Below are positions 37,858-51,582 of a stretch of DNA of 59,135 nt, in pieces; position 1 is the stretch's first letter, and the number at the start of each line of letters is the position of its first letter. The translations under genes were made by a program, and so were the position numbers. The notes beneath the pieces were generated by a model. It did not search any database and was not told the DNA's origin. It worked only from the letters and a program-made list of their open reading frames with translations. The stretch is taken from assembly GCF_001194135.2 (NCBI RefSeq), contig NC_068994.1, positions 29,550,519 to 29,609,653 of the forward strand, read 5' to 3'. The DNA is from Octopus bimaculoides (taxonomy: Eukaryota).

Positions 37858-38151
37858 GCGGTATTTTGTTTGTCTTTACATTCTGAGTTCAAATTCCCCC
37901 AAGGTCGACTTTGCCTTTCATCCTTTCGGTGTCGATAAATTAAATATCAATGAAACTCTGGAATCAATGTAATCAACTTATCCCCTCCCGCAAAATGGCT
38001 GCTCTTGTGGCAAAATTTGAAACCATTTCTGCTGACCTAGCCTTTCATCCTTTTAGGGTCAATAAATTAAGTACCAGTCAAGTACTGCGGTCAGTGTGAT
38101 TGACCATCCCCCTCCCCTCACATTCCATGCCTTGTGCCTATAGTAGAAAGG

Positions 38152-38183
<32 letters not shown>

Positions 38184-38791
38184 GGCAGTGAGCTGATAGA
38201 ATTGTTAGCTTGCCAGACAATATGCTCGGTGGCATTCCTTCTGGTTCTACATTCTGAGTTCGATTTTGCCTTTGGTCTTTCAGGAGTTGATGAAATAAAT
38301 ATTAGTTGAGCACTGACGTTGAAGTAATTGATTGCCCCCTCCCTCAAAATTTTAGGCCCTGTGGCTATCAATAAAAGGATTATTATAGGGCAGCAAGCTG
38401 GTAGCATTGGAAAGAATGCTTTTCAGTATTTATTCCAGCTCTTTACATTATGAGTTCAAGTCCTGCTAAGGTCATCTTTGCCTTTTATCCTTTCAGGGTC
38501 AATAAAATAAAGTACCAGTCAAGTACTGGGGTTGCTGGCCTTGTGCCTAAAGTAGGAACTATTGTTATTATTATTGTTAAAGGCAGCAAGCTGGCAGAAT
38601 CAAATGTGTTGGGAAAAATGTTTAGCAGCATTTCTTCTGAATTTATGTTCTGAGTTCAAATTCTGTTGGAGTTGACTTTGCCTTTCATCCTTTTGGGGTC
38701 TATAAATTAAGTACCAGTGAAACACTGGGGTTGATTTAATTGACTAGTCCCCTTCCCCAACATTTCAGGCCTTGTGCCTATAGCAGAAAGG

Positions 38792-38844
<53 letters not shown>

Positions 38845-39030
38845 TGTTGTTGTTTTTGTTATTGAAATGAACAAGTACAAATGGTTGAGTAGCAGATTAA
38901 ATGGATTTATAGTATTTGTGTCTCTATGTTCTGAGTTCAAATCCTACTGAATTGACTTTTCATTCTTATGGGGTTGTTGTTGCTAAAAATATGTACCAGT
39001 TATGTACTGGGGTTCATTTATGTTAGAAAT
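37665..39030 (+). repeat. Head-to-tail array of about seven family A SINE copies
   Basis: Units start near 37665, 37858, 38025, 38181, 38388, 38579 and 38880; most end in ggccttgtgcc..(ATT)n. Confidence 0.85.
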
Positions 39031-42000
39031 TACTATTACAGTGGTTGCATGTCTTTTGGCAGTTTGTCTCTTTTTATTGAGTTTCAGTCTTGGATTAGGT
39101 TCAATGCATGCTTGTGCATTTGGCACTTCGGGGCTGTTGCCAGATGCTCACTGCATTCTAGCATCTGGATGACATCGCCAGTGGAAAATCAGCCCTAGCA
39201 TTTAATAGAGTATTAATGTTGGATATGAGCATTGTAGCCTGGGATTGATTCTGACCATCAGCATTTACAGTTTAAGTTGTCTCTTGGAGGAATTTTAAGT
39301 TAAATAATGTGGATAAAAGTTCTTGATTTGGCAGTACTACAAGGTGGAATTAGAGAAGACTTTGCTGGTTTGGTATAAACCCTGACAGGCAGAGCCATAG
39401 TGAAGCTGCTGGCAACTAAATCAATCTGAGATGTGAGGAGAGTGATAAAACCTGGCACTCACTTGTTTAGCATACACAAATTGTTAATTTGTGAGCTTAT
39501 ATTGAACAACTATTATTACATCTGAGACAGATCCAGCTATCAACCTAAGTTAACATGAAGACTGATGCACCACTTCCCTTTCAAAAGGATGAGTGGTTTG
39601 TCTTTCTCTGTTATGAAAGGTGGATGAGAATAGTGAAATTATCTTGGCTTAATGGGGCCTATACTAACTAGATGGCTGTATTAATAGCAAGAACTGGGAG
39701 TTAAAAGTTTACTTATTTTTGTCATACCAGAGTAAATGGGATGCCCTAATATCCCTACAAGATTGTCACCCCCATTTTTAGGATTTTTTCTTGTTATTTT
39801 CTTGTTGTATACTGTTAATCCTATCTAGTGTTATCTATTTAGGTATCTCAGGAGGGTCATCAATTGGTTAACTGATTAGATAGTTAACCATTTGATAAGT
39901 AAATAATAAAAGATGAAATAGACCAGTGTGTGTGTTTATTATTGGCAAAATGACCCTCCCAAGATACAGGAAAATATGTTTCAACACATGAGTTCCCATC
40001 AAGAATCTTGCAAACCAAATACAAAAACTAAATATTAATGTATCATTATTGTTTTTTTTTTTATCCAACCCCTTTACTCGATGTACCCCCCACTGTTTCT
40101 TGTTTGTTTTTTTTTGTCTTTTTTTCTTTTGTATTTCACTTTTGTACTGACCCCAGCATTTTGGGCTGTTGTAGCCAATAATCATTATCACACCAGAGAA
40201 ATACTTAGCAGCATTGCTTCCAGCTCTTTACAATCTGAGTTCTTTACATTCATCTCTAAACAATGAAAGACTTTGCCTTTTGTCCTTTAAGGGTTTGAAG
40301 GGGTTTGACAAAATAAGTGGCAGCTGTGCACTGGGAATCAACTTGTCCCTTTTCTCAAAATTGCTGGCCTTGTGCCAAAATTAGAAAGATTTTTATTATC
40401 ATTATTATTATTATTACAATGAATGCCAAATGCTAGTAGTAGCAGCCAAATTTCCCTCATATTACACTTCTCCTAAGCATGGAAAGGGCTACTTTAGATA
40501 GTGTAGTCATAGAGATAACTCTAAAATGCCAATGGGATAGTCATGGGTAGAATGCCTTTTGATCATAGGTTTGCTTGATCAAGGTTGGCCTGGCGCTAAA
40601 CAACAACTTCTGATATTATTCATGCTTGTTTTGTTGAGCATGAATATCATCAAAACTTGTTTTGTCTTCTTGAAAAGGAAAATATTCTCCTCCCTCCCAA
40701 AATTTCAGGCTCCATGTTTGCAAAATAAAAAATTAAAATTAAAAAAAAAACCATTCTTCTTTTAGTAATTCCTTCCCTGTAAACCAAAATTTCCTGTGTC
40801 TCCTTCTTTCAGTCTCTACTGTTGGAGCTGCTTCATTATGTCACTAATGCCATAAGAAAAGACACATAAAACATCCATCCCCCCCTCCCTCTATACATCT
40901 GATGTATGTTACGTATGTAAAGAGTTCATATAATTGGTTCTGGTTTAGGTGCAAGTTTTTTTTTTATGTGTATATTTTAATTTTATCTTTTCTTTTTCTG
41001 TAGATCATGTTACTGCTGCTGTTGCTGCTGCTGGTTTCATGTAGTGCCAATATAAAAATGATGTTGTTGTTGTTGTTGCTATTGTTTTTGTTGTTGTTCA
41101 GCCTCAGGCTATCTCTGATGTAGTTGCAGACCAGGGAGCAAACAAATAAATATATGAAATAAACAAACATGACTCTACACAGTGTATTTAGGACACTTTT
41201 TTTTTTCGGCTACAATCATCCCATACTTATACAAGAATATTTCGACTACATTATCTAGTGTCACTTTCCTTTCTCAAGATATTAGGGTTTCATTTAACAA
41301 AAAAAAACAACTTTTAGTGGCTGTTTCCAGCTGGTTGAGCAAGCAGTACATAAAGACTCCCTCATAAAGGTGTTGGTAGTGATAGTAGTAATAATAGTAG
41401 TTGTAGCAGTATAAGTGGTGATGGTGGTAACTGTAGTGGAAGTGGTAGTGGTGGCAGTAGTAGTAATAGCAGTGGTGCCAGCAGTATGGTGGTAGTGGTG
41501 ATAGGATAGGAGTTTATTGTCATTCATGGCTCTGTTAGCTAAGCTGAACATCCACAAACTTTTTAGTACCAAAGGCAAATTGCAGATGGATAAGTAAGAA
41601 CTTAGATGGGTGTATCCTCCTGTTGTTCCTCCTCCTCCTCATCATTTTATGCCCACTTCTCATGCTATCAAGTTTAGACAGGTCATCACAGTGTGAGATA
41701 GTTTATATTTGGAATCACATCTCACTTGTAATATTTAATTTTTGACTTGGTTTCTACAGCTGGATACCCTTCTTTACAAAGTGTACCGGGTTTTTTTTAC
41801 TGTTGCCCCGGCACTAGAAAAGTTGTGATATCCTTGACAACATCATAGGTTCACTCAACTTGATATGTGCTGAAATAATCAACTTAAGCAATTTCATAAT
41901 CATGTAACTCATTGAATTATTTCTGAGTTCAAATTTTGTTGCAGTTTACTTTACCTTTCATGCTTTTGGGATCAATAAAATAAGTACTTTACCATTATTG

Positions 42001-44139
42001 CTCTTATAGGATAAAGTACCAGTTGAGCATCGGGGTCAGTGAAATCAAATAGTCCTCTCCTCCACAATTTCAGGCCTTGTGTCTATATTAGAAAGAATTA
42101 AATTACGGTTTTAGTATTAAGGGTTAAATCATTTTTTGTTTTTTTTTATATCTAGCTTTTTAGAAACTTCTTTCCATGGATGTTTTAAGATTTCAATGCA
42201 GGCAAAGTTTCATTTGCAGTTAAGGAGGTTTCCATTCTGCTGTATATCGTTGCTTGGTCTGTTGGAAATAGCAGCTAAATCTCTTTCAAATTACACTCTG
42301 TGATCTTTAAAAAAACGAGAAGGGCACATTGAATAACTTAGTCCTAGATAAACTGCTGGAAATATAAATGGAACAGTTGTGGTTGGAGTATTTTTGATAT
42401 TAAGCCTATTGTTTCAGGGTTGACTTGGGGGCTAAAGGGCACATCTGATTTTGTGACTGTGTGTGTTTATATAGAGAAGAGATCAGATAGGCCACTGAAA
42501 ATGACCAGTAATGCCAAAAAGAGTATTTTTATATGAGGCACACTGTTCCTCACATGCCTAGCACTCCACCATACTGTGGTAATAGTAGTGATGATTACAC
42601 CTCCAACCAACCCAATATGAAACAAACTGCGTCAAAAGGGTAGCTACTCTATGGTCGCTCCATGTGCTAGAAACAGCAACTAAATCTCCCCTAACACATT
42701 AAAAAAAAATGGAAAGGACACACTGGATAATGTCTGTTTGAAAAAAAAAGTAACAAGAACAATGCAGGATGGTTAAGGATGGAACATCACAGTTCACCTG
42801 AGGTCTAAACAACAACAGCATGAAAAATAAATATTGCAGTAGTAGCAGCAGTAGTAGTGTTAGTGGTGATATTATTAGTGACTCTGTCATTCCTAAATGC
42901 TTGATAATCATGGTAGTAGTGGTGGTAGTGGTGGTGGTGGTTGTAGTAGGTAGAGGAGGTGACACTCCTAACACCAACATATTTTATGAAATACTATTTA
43001 TTTCATTGTTTGTTTGCTTAATCTATCTGTACTGTTGCCATTTTGTATATTTAATAAAGAAGTATTCCATTAGCAGAATATTAAGTGTTGTGTTGAGTCT
43101 CTTTTCTTATCCTTTTTCTTATTTTGTTTCTGTTTGTTTTGTTTTGAGTTGGAAGGTGGACATCACCTTTAGCTACCAACTCAATGGTAACTGTTTCAGC
43201 ATCAGATGGTTGTAAGTAAGCATCATTGTCATACAAGTGATTTTGTTTGTTTCCAGTCTTCTGTGGAAAACTTATCTGGCCTTGGGAAAATATATGACCA
43301 TGCTTGGAAACAGGTGAGGATTGGTGATAGAAAGAGCATCCAACTGTAGAAAATCTGCCTCAACAGATTCCACCTGAACTATGTAAGCATGGAAAAGTGA
43401 ACATCAAATGTTGATGGTGATAGGGATTAGAGTATCAGATAAATTGCCTCACAGTCTTTGTTTCAACTTTTTTTTTCACTCTGAGTTCAAATCCCGCCGA
43501 GAACAACTTTGCTTTTTTTCCTTATTGGGTTAACAAAATATCAATCAAAGGCAGGGACTTGACAGAATTATAATAATATTGCACCATNNNNNNNNNNNNN
43601 NNNNNNNNNNNNNNNNNNNNNNNNNNNNNNNNNNNNNNNNNNNNNNNNNNNNNNNNNNNNNNNNNNNNNNNNNNNNNNNNNNNNNNNNNNNNNNNNNNNN
43701 NNNNNNNNNNNNNNNNNNNNNNNNNNNNNNNNNNNNNNNNNNNNNNNNNNNNNNNNNNNNNNNNNNNNNNNNNNNNNNNNNNNNNNNNNNNNNNNNNNNN
43801 NNNNNNNNNNNNNNNNNNNNNNNNNNNNNNNNNNNNNNNNNNNNNNNNNNNNNNNNNNNNNNNNNNNNNNNNNNNNNNNNNNNNNNNNNNNNNNNNNNNN
43901 NNNNNNNNNNNNNNNNNNNNNNNNNNNNNNNNNNNNNNNNNNNNNNNNNNNNNNNNNNNNNNNNNNNNNNNNNNNNNNNNNNNNNNNNNNNNNNNNNNNN
44001 NNNNNNNNNNNNNNNNNNNNNNNNNNNNNGTTTATTGTAGAGCCAGTGCCACTTGATGTTTGAAAGCTTCAATGTTATGTATTTTTGGTTTTGTCAGATC
44101 AAATTAAAGGTTTAGGTGCACATTTTTAGTTTGTTGTTC

Positions 44140-44763
44140 AGACCGACTTGACTGCCACCCATTTCTTTGACATCATACTCGACCTCGCAAACGGCCTCCA
44201 CCATCCCTACTCTAAGCCGAATAAGACTATAAAATACATTCACAAACATTCCAACGACCCGCAGTCTATAACCAGCCACCTTGTCGATGATATATCACAG
44301 TGCACATCAGAACTATCTACCAATAAGAGAATTTTCTAGGAATTTGCACCAAAATACAATTATGCTTTATGAAATGTGGCTTTAATGAGACAAAAAAAAA
44401 AGCCAACATTAGATAATATGGTATAATTTCCTTATAACACTGATATCAAGACTTCCATTGCTAGAATTTTCTACAGTAACAACACTTTTCTTCATATCAT
44501 CGTCATTTCAAAGTTTTCAATAAAATCAATAATTTTTTCATATTTGGCTACATCCAAACTAGCACAGACTGTTACCTTTTCCAATATGGTAAGGCTCAGC
44601 AGACATACATCACTCCTGGATAGCCCTATCTGCCACACTAATAGAGCTTTTGGAACTGTTCAGAAACCAAAGCTTGTCCTTTTAACTCATATTACTTTCA
44701 GAAGAATACTGTCTATAAATGTAATGTCTATAAACTTCCCCAATAGATATTGATTAAACTCAC

Positions 44764-44802
<39 letters not shown>

Positions 44803-45000
44803 TGAGGAAAGATCTTCCCTGCACCAATATGCATCCCGGAATCCTGACAAAAGAAAAGTCTTTTCACCATCCCAACACATTTGGCATATCCGTGAGTACC
44901 ACTACCATACTACAGTGACTGCCGGCCCTGTAACATATGTACAGCTGAAAGTTTCCCATGAAATTACTCAACAGAAAAATCTTAACTTGTTACCACGTAT
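44140..45000 (+). pseudogene. Degraded Penelope-like RT thumb to GIY-YIG fragment
   Basis: FFDIILDL..PYSKPNKTIKYIHKHSN, IWYN-PYN, CRPCNICTAE. Confidence 0.72.
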
Positions 45001-45599
45001 AAACATAAGATTTTCAAAATCTTCTACTACTAACGTGCCCACAACCCAATAGGGTAAGATGTATTAACGTCATCCATACATTCGTACACATAGCATACAC
45101 AGTGGCCGCGCTCTTCATACCTTCGTAACAAATTAATCATAATCAAATACTAAAAATGAGCACTAACNNNNNNNNNNAAAAAAAAAAAAATCGCATAACA
45201 GACATTAAACCCCTAAACACAAACTCTAATAGTACAATGAACTAGTACGCAAAATTCCCATGAATTGTGTTCCCTTCCCCCAAAAGAATATTACTAACAT
45301 TCACACGCACTCGCAAGAATATACACAAACACACGAGCACAAAGATGCACGAGCACCAAACACTAAAAATGTGCACAACAGTTACTAAAGACTAACGCCT
45401 AGCATTCTACTTGCACTTTCAATTTGATCTGACTATACCAAAAGCACATGAACACAGGTACGTTAGTTAAGGCCTACAAACTCCAACAGGCTCTAGCCTT
45501 ACAATACTAAGAAACAACACAACTCACAAAATATAGATTTTACGTATGATAAAAATTAAAAATGAAACATTAATGTAATAAACACGTACATGGTTGGTC

Positions 45600-46730
45600 G
45601 GTGACTTGGCTTCGCGAGCGCAGATTTATAAAGAATGTCCATGTCTGTCGTAGGCTTGTTGGTGCTCGACAAATCTGATTGGGGACAAACAGGCACGACC
45701 GCAGAGGCTGCACGGAGAAGGAAGCTAACCATGATTGGTCGTAATGACCTTGTTTTTTCTCTTTGTCTGCAAAGATGGTCCTTGCAAGTGTTTTCAAAGG
45801 AGGACAGTGACACGCTAGGCTTCACGGTCATCGGCAAGAATAGACCACTGGCGCTGATCAGTGTGGCAGGCGTTGAGTGATTTCTTTAGGAAATCTTTGT
45901 ACCTCTTTTTATGGTTCTCCTCTATCACGGTGACCAGAGGAGAGTTCGCTATACAGCGTGACCTTGGGATAATCCTCCACCTTGATGTATCCTGACCAAC
46001 GTAGCAGGGTTGCTTCGATGTTGGTGACCTTCGCCTGCTCTAGGAGCTCAACATTAGTGGCATCGTCACTCCAGTGGATGTTGAAGATGATGCAAAAGCA
46101 GCGCTGATGGAATTGCTGAAGGAATCATAAGTAATGCCGATAAATGACCCAACAACCCTGAGCCGTATAAGAGGGTGGTCAGTGCGACAGATCTGCATAC
46201 ACTGATATTGGTGCCTTCAGATAGTTATTGTTCTAGACTCTTTTGTACTGTCTGCCATATGCATTGTTTGCCTTAGCCAGTATGTTGATAACTTCTTTGT
46301 CGATTTTGACATCTGATGAGATGGTGCGCCCTAGGTAAGTGAACTGGTTGACTGTTTTTAAATCAGTCACACCGAAGTGAGGTGGTATTCTTGTTGTGGT
46401 GCGGGTTGATGGAGCACCTCTGTGTTCGTTAAATTGACTTCTCGACCAAAGTGCCAGGTAGCTTCTGTAAAGAAAGTGGTGATGCATTGCAAGGTTGTCT
46501 ATGTGCAACAGGGACGGCGTCATCTGTGAAAAGCAACTTATGAATGGGTTCAGGCTCCTCAGGTTGAAGAAGCTGCCATTAGTATGGTACCGGATGAAGA
46601 ACTTCATCGTCAGGGTCTTCAGTGGCCTGCTGGAGCATCATACTGAAGAAGATGGTGAAAAGGGTCGACGCGAGGACACAACCTTGCTTCACACCATTGC
46701 CAGTGGAGAAGGGCTGGGAAGGATCTGACT
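45600..46730 (-). mobile_element. RTE (BovB-like) LINE 3' part
   Basis: NGVKQGCVLASTLF, LLFTDDA, FTYLGRTISSD, LTTLLYGS, KRYKDFLKKSL and terminal REAK. Confidence 0.88.
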
Positions 46731-47599
46731 AGTCCACACACATGCACTTGAAAGAATGCGTAGACACACGAAAACATGCAACCGCGCACACACACACACA
46801 CACACACACAATAATAATATACGGTGCATAAAAATATACAACTACCCACGTATCCTGACCTTCCAATCACAGCCGACCTCTTGAATATGAATCGGGTTAT
46901 TATTAACTAAACTCTTGAAATAGATGAACTCTCCAGAGAACCTCTAGCTGTGTGTGTGTGTCTGTCTGTCTGTCTTTCTCTCTGTTTCTCCCCGCGCCCG
47001 TGTGTGTGCACGTGTGTATGTGTGAGAAAATACATGTATGGATTAAGTGTGTGCTTATATGGAGAGATGGACGGACGGACGAATGGTTGGATTTAATTCT
47101 ACTCATAGATGTTAGAGTGACAATTAGAAGTTTTAATTCCAAGCAGCAATTTTTTTTTCTTTTTAGTGGAAAAACCTTTACAACACATCTATACGTGGGG
47201 AAGCTTTGGTATTTCCCACATTTGCAACAATTGGAAATATCAGCTGACTTGTTTAAGGGACCACGAACTGCACACAGTTATTTAAAACTTTTAGTTTTAA
47301 GTGTTAAAATATCAAGTCCTTCAATGAGAGTAGCATCTTATGAATCGTACCATGTTCTTGAAGCATCTCTTGTGATTATTGTAGTAGTAGTTGTAGTAGT
47401 AGTAGTAGTAATAGTATGGGGGAATGCGTTGTAACAGTGAGTCGCTGTATCCACAATTCGCTATTACTTTTAGCGGATGACACCTTGGCACCACTCAGGT
47501 AATAACCCTCCAACTCATGAGTCTATTTTGAGTGGTCGTTGCTGGTGAGAGTTTTGTGAGATCGAAGTGCAAATCTTATCTCAACCTCATTTTGTCGCC

Positions 47600-47770
47600 T
47601 TTAGTGAGGAAGTGTTGCGTTTGTTTTGTAGCATGCCGGTCCTCATACAGCACTGGAGTAACGTTAAATGAGATGTTTTGCTCAAGAACACAACACGCCA
47701 ACCAGTCCGGGAATCAAGCCCATGATCTGGCGATCGTGAGTGCAGCGCCCTTACCACTTGGCTACGCGTC
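47600..47770 (-). mobile_element. tRNA-derived SINE head
   Basis: Minus strand gacgcgtagccaagtggtaagggcg (A box)..gggcttgattcccgg (B box-like)..tgtgttcttgagcaaaac. Confidence 0.65.
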
Positions 47771-48354
47771 GTCACTTGTAAGTGATGGGGTTTCTGTTTT
47801 GTTAAGTAGCATACTGTGTATTATTACTGAAGGAGATTCTGCGGAATGGTACCCTTTTCATGGAAAGGTATTATTACTTGGAGATGATTTACACCAGAGA
47901 GCTAATGCTAGTCCATGAGGTACCTCTACCAACATAATAGAATCAAGCATCAAGAGTTCTCCATTACGGAAATATGTGGAAGATTTTCAAATCACAGTAG
48001 AGATAAGAACTACTGGACAAGAAGAATTTAACACTTGGATCTTGAACATGGTGATGGGAGTTGACCGAATAATGCTAGGTTTAACAGAATGATTGCCATT
48101 AGAAATGATTGCCAATAAAAATGTTGAAAGCAACTTTTATAGAAACCCAAAAGAGCATCAGCGATGATGAGTGAATTACCGAAAGATAAAGTAAGGATAT
48201 ATTAAAACTTGAGAAGGAATCCTGCTTCTCATATTTGATGCACCAAAAGTAATGATTCTCTTATTGTCGATGATATTCTGACGATTCTAATTTTTCTGCA
48301 GAATTCTTAAAAGAACAAAATACACTCAGATGGCCATTTCATATTTTGAAAATG

Positions 48355-48500
48355 AAAATTGAGTTCAAATGCCGCTGAGGTCGACTTTATCTTTCATTCT
48401 TTCGGGGTCAATCAAATAAGTAAAAGTTAAGCACTGGGATCGAAGTAATCGACTAGCCTCATCCATCAAAATATCAGGCCTTGTGCCTATAGTAGAAAGG
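48355..48500 (+). mobile_element. 5'-truncated family A SINE inside the Helitron remnant
   Basis: gagttcaaatgccgctgaggtcgacttt..ggccttgtgcctatagtagaaagg. Confidence 0.78.
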
Positions 48501-48949
48501 GTGATGATGTTAATACATCACCTCAGTCCCCGAAAAAACTTACTAAATAATGCACAGGTAATCATTAAAGACTTGCTAAATGGCATACGAGTAACCATCA
48601 AAGGAACTCAAACTCTTTTTCTTCATGTAGAAATATTTAATACTAAAAATTAAAAGGGAAAGTTTTCATTCCGCGCATCGATTTGGATTCCAGCATAATG
48701 GATCTTCCTTTTCAGCTTAATCACAAGCACTTACTTTTAATAGCAGCCTTTGTAATTACACTAAGACTTATGTTAGTTTTTAACAGTGGGAATATATCTG
48801 CCATAGCTTGTATTTTGTCATATGCAGCTGTATGTAGCACTGAGTAGAACCAAAATGAATAACACTTGAAATTTCAGCTTTCACTTTTAATAAAACATGG
48901 ACACCTCTTACAAGGTGATCGTGTCTTCATAAAATAACTAGTTATAACA

Positions 48950-48989
<40 letters not shown>

Positions 48990-48992
<3 letters not shown>

Positions 48993-51420
48993 GTGTATAT
49001 AGGAATGCTTGGTCGGAGTGTATATCCTTTCGTTAATACAGTCTTCGTTTCCGAAAATCGGTGGAGGTCTATAGAGAGATGACGGTCAATCCTTCCTAGA
49101 CCGAAGTAGTAAAGTACAACTAGAAAGTCATAGGAAACAATTCTTTAGACTATTTAAGCACTTCGGACTCAACATCACTATTGAAAAAGATTACCGTAGA
49201 GCAAACTTCCTTGACGTTACCTTCAGGTTTGATACTGAATTATATAAACCTTTTCATAAACCTAATGATAACATTAAGTATATTAATGTAGCATCCAACC
49301 ATCCACCCTCTATAATACGAAGATTAGTTAGGAATATATCAATTAGAATATCTAAGTTATCTGCTACTAAAAAAATTTTGAATCACATGCACCCAATTAC
49401 AACACTGCCTTAGCTAGGGTTGGTTACTGAGAGGATATGGAATACATACGCGACACCGGTATACCCAACTCTGCCTATTCCACCACTAATAATACATACG
49501 ACATACGAACACAACGTCACTGTGAACGAACTGATTCGGATCAAAAACGAACTGACTCGGATCATGTAAATCAAAAAGATTTTTTCAATACATCAAAGGA
49601 CGCACCAAAACTCCTAGACAAACATAACACAACGCAATAAATTGTCCCAACACACAAGAACCAATGTAATAAACAATAAATATAAGAAACATGATGTCCT
49701 CTGGTATAACCCAATCCACGGTTCACATGTTTCAACGAAGATCGCTAGGGGATTTTATGCCGCTTTAGATGTTTTCCAACATCAAATAGATACAATGTTA
49801 TTTTTAATAGGCACACTGTGAAGGTATCATACACTGCATTAGTAACAGAAAAATTCTCCAAGCGTTGAATAACCCACCCACTGGACCCCTAGTCTATGAT
49901 GGAGAAACTACTTCAGGTTCGACAAATTAGGAGGATAGCATGTATAACAAAATGTCAAGAAAAGTAATATGAACCAAAATGAAAAGCACCCGCCGCAGCC
50001 ACATCCGATTAATAGCAAAAATAGAGATTTAGCTTACACGGTAACGGTGTCGGAAATTGAAATCAGTAGAGCCCCAAATGCAACTAAATCTAGTAAATGC
50101 TCATGCAGAAAAAGAAAAAAAAAACAAAACGCCCATTGATGAACCTCTGTATGAGTACCGATGTTGTATATAAGTGCACCGTACACACAAGGGCAGGATC
50201 CTACGTTTACATTAGTGCAACGGCTGATTCGTTCAAGAACTGATACTAAAACCATGTCACCAGCTTCAATAAAATCAACAAGCGGCACTCGACATCTTTG
50301 GCTGATTTTGTGTGGCAACTTAAGGAGGATAAGATGAAATATTTCACTTTATCCATAATAAGACATGCACAAGCATACAGGAGATGCAGATTGTGCTCCG
50401 AGGAATTACTCTCTATTTTGTGGACCACTGAGAAGCTCATTTATAGGATTTCTGAAAGACTATCAAGTTGCTTGCATGCTACTAAATGCACTTTCGCACT
50501 ATACAGTGGGCACGAATTAGAGTAATCGTTAACTAAATAAATAACTACGCTTTACTTAAATGTATAGATGAATAACCGTAACATCCACATTCGTATGAAC
50601 ACAATGTCACATTAGTTACCAGCATCACTTGGATATGCCTTGGCCATTGTATACCGCTTAAAGTGAGAAAAATACCAAGTTTCGCTCACCAGTAAGTATC
50701 GTTCACCGTAGGATGAAAACACAAAAACTTACGCTTGCCGGCACGGGTGATTCTAACTCTGGCATTGATGCTTTCTACACGCTGTCGGTTGTTTCATTAG
50801 TCATTCAAAAAATTCACATCTACTATCTCAGTATTTATGCCCGTATTTATGACTGTACAACTGCTATAAGTATACCAGCCAGACCCAGTGAACAGTACAA
50901 GAGAACCTATGACTCCTCACGAAGCGGAGTCGTACCACTAGCAAGTAATAGGCAATGTCTTTATTAATATCGACTCAATTCTGTGTGCGAGCGTATGTGC
51001 GCAAAACCACGTATGTGTGTGCTTGTATGTGCGTGTGCATTTGTACGCGCAAGTATACGTGCGCCAGACCACATTTGTATGGGCATCTGTACACCTATAT
51101 CTAGCAATGGTCATATCTGATACTTTTTTCGCTGTATTGTGCATTTGTTTCTTTTTGTATCTGATATTTGTTATGGATCTTCAATAAGAATGAAGCTGTA
51201 TACCTTAATTTGCCATTTCTATATAAGAAAACCAAGAAGAAATCTTGCGGAAGAGAGTTTATTTTAACGAGATACCTCTTGAAAACACACGAGAAGACAA
51301 ATCTACACTGAGGGATACACCTAAACCAGATGTTTTCTATTTCATCTGCGAGGAATCAATGCTAGATGGGTCGAAACAATTGTAGTGATCAATAAAGATT
51401 CTCAAGCCTGCCATCTTCCG
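48990..51420 (+). mobile_element. 5'-truncated Penelope-like element (YRDD-type RT, GIY-YIG, long 3' region)
   Basis: GLYRDDG..NFLDVTF..KPFHKPNDNIKYINVASNHPP; WYNP; CSCRK..VVYKC..YVY..STSLADFVWQLK..CRLC; stops and frameshifts. Confidence 0.9.
51342..51388 (+). ncRNA. Degenerate hammerhead-like motif at the PLE 3' end
   Basis: TCAT-CTGCGA (one core A missing)..GAAAC-AATT-GTA-GTGA, palindromic ACAATTGT; stem II pairs poorly. Confidence 0.4.
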
Positions 51421-51509
51421 TCTCTCTCATAAATCAAATACTAACGAACAGTGAGCCTGTGGATATGCTTTACAGGCAAACTACCAAGTGTATACCATGA
51501 GATTTATTA

Positions 51510-51582
<73 letters not shown>

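Larger units (their letters stand above)
47430..48740 (+). mobile_element. Helitron PIF1-like helicase remnant, interrupted by two SINEs
   Basis: PFHGKVLLLGDDLHQ, SSIKSSPL, EFNTWIL-HGDG, FSAEFL..PFHILKMKIG, VFIPRIDL..LPFQL. Confidence 0.78.

Noticed and set aside
45600-45750. CpG-rich stretch with two reverse CCAAT boxes as a promoter
   Set aside because: It translates as the C-terminus of the RTE-BovB element.
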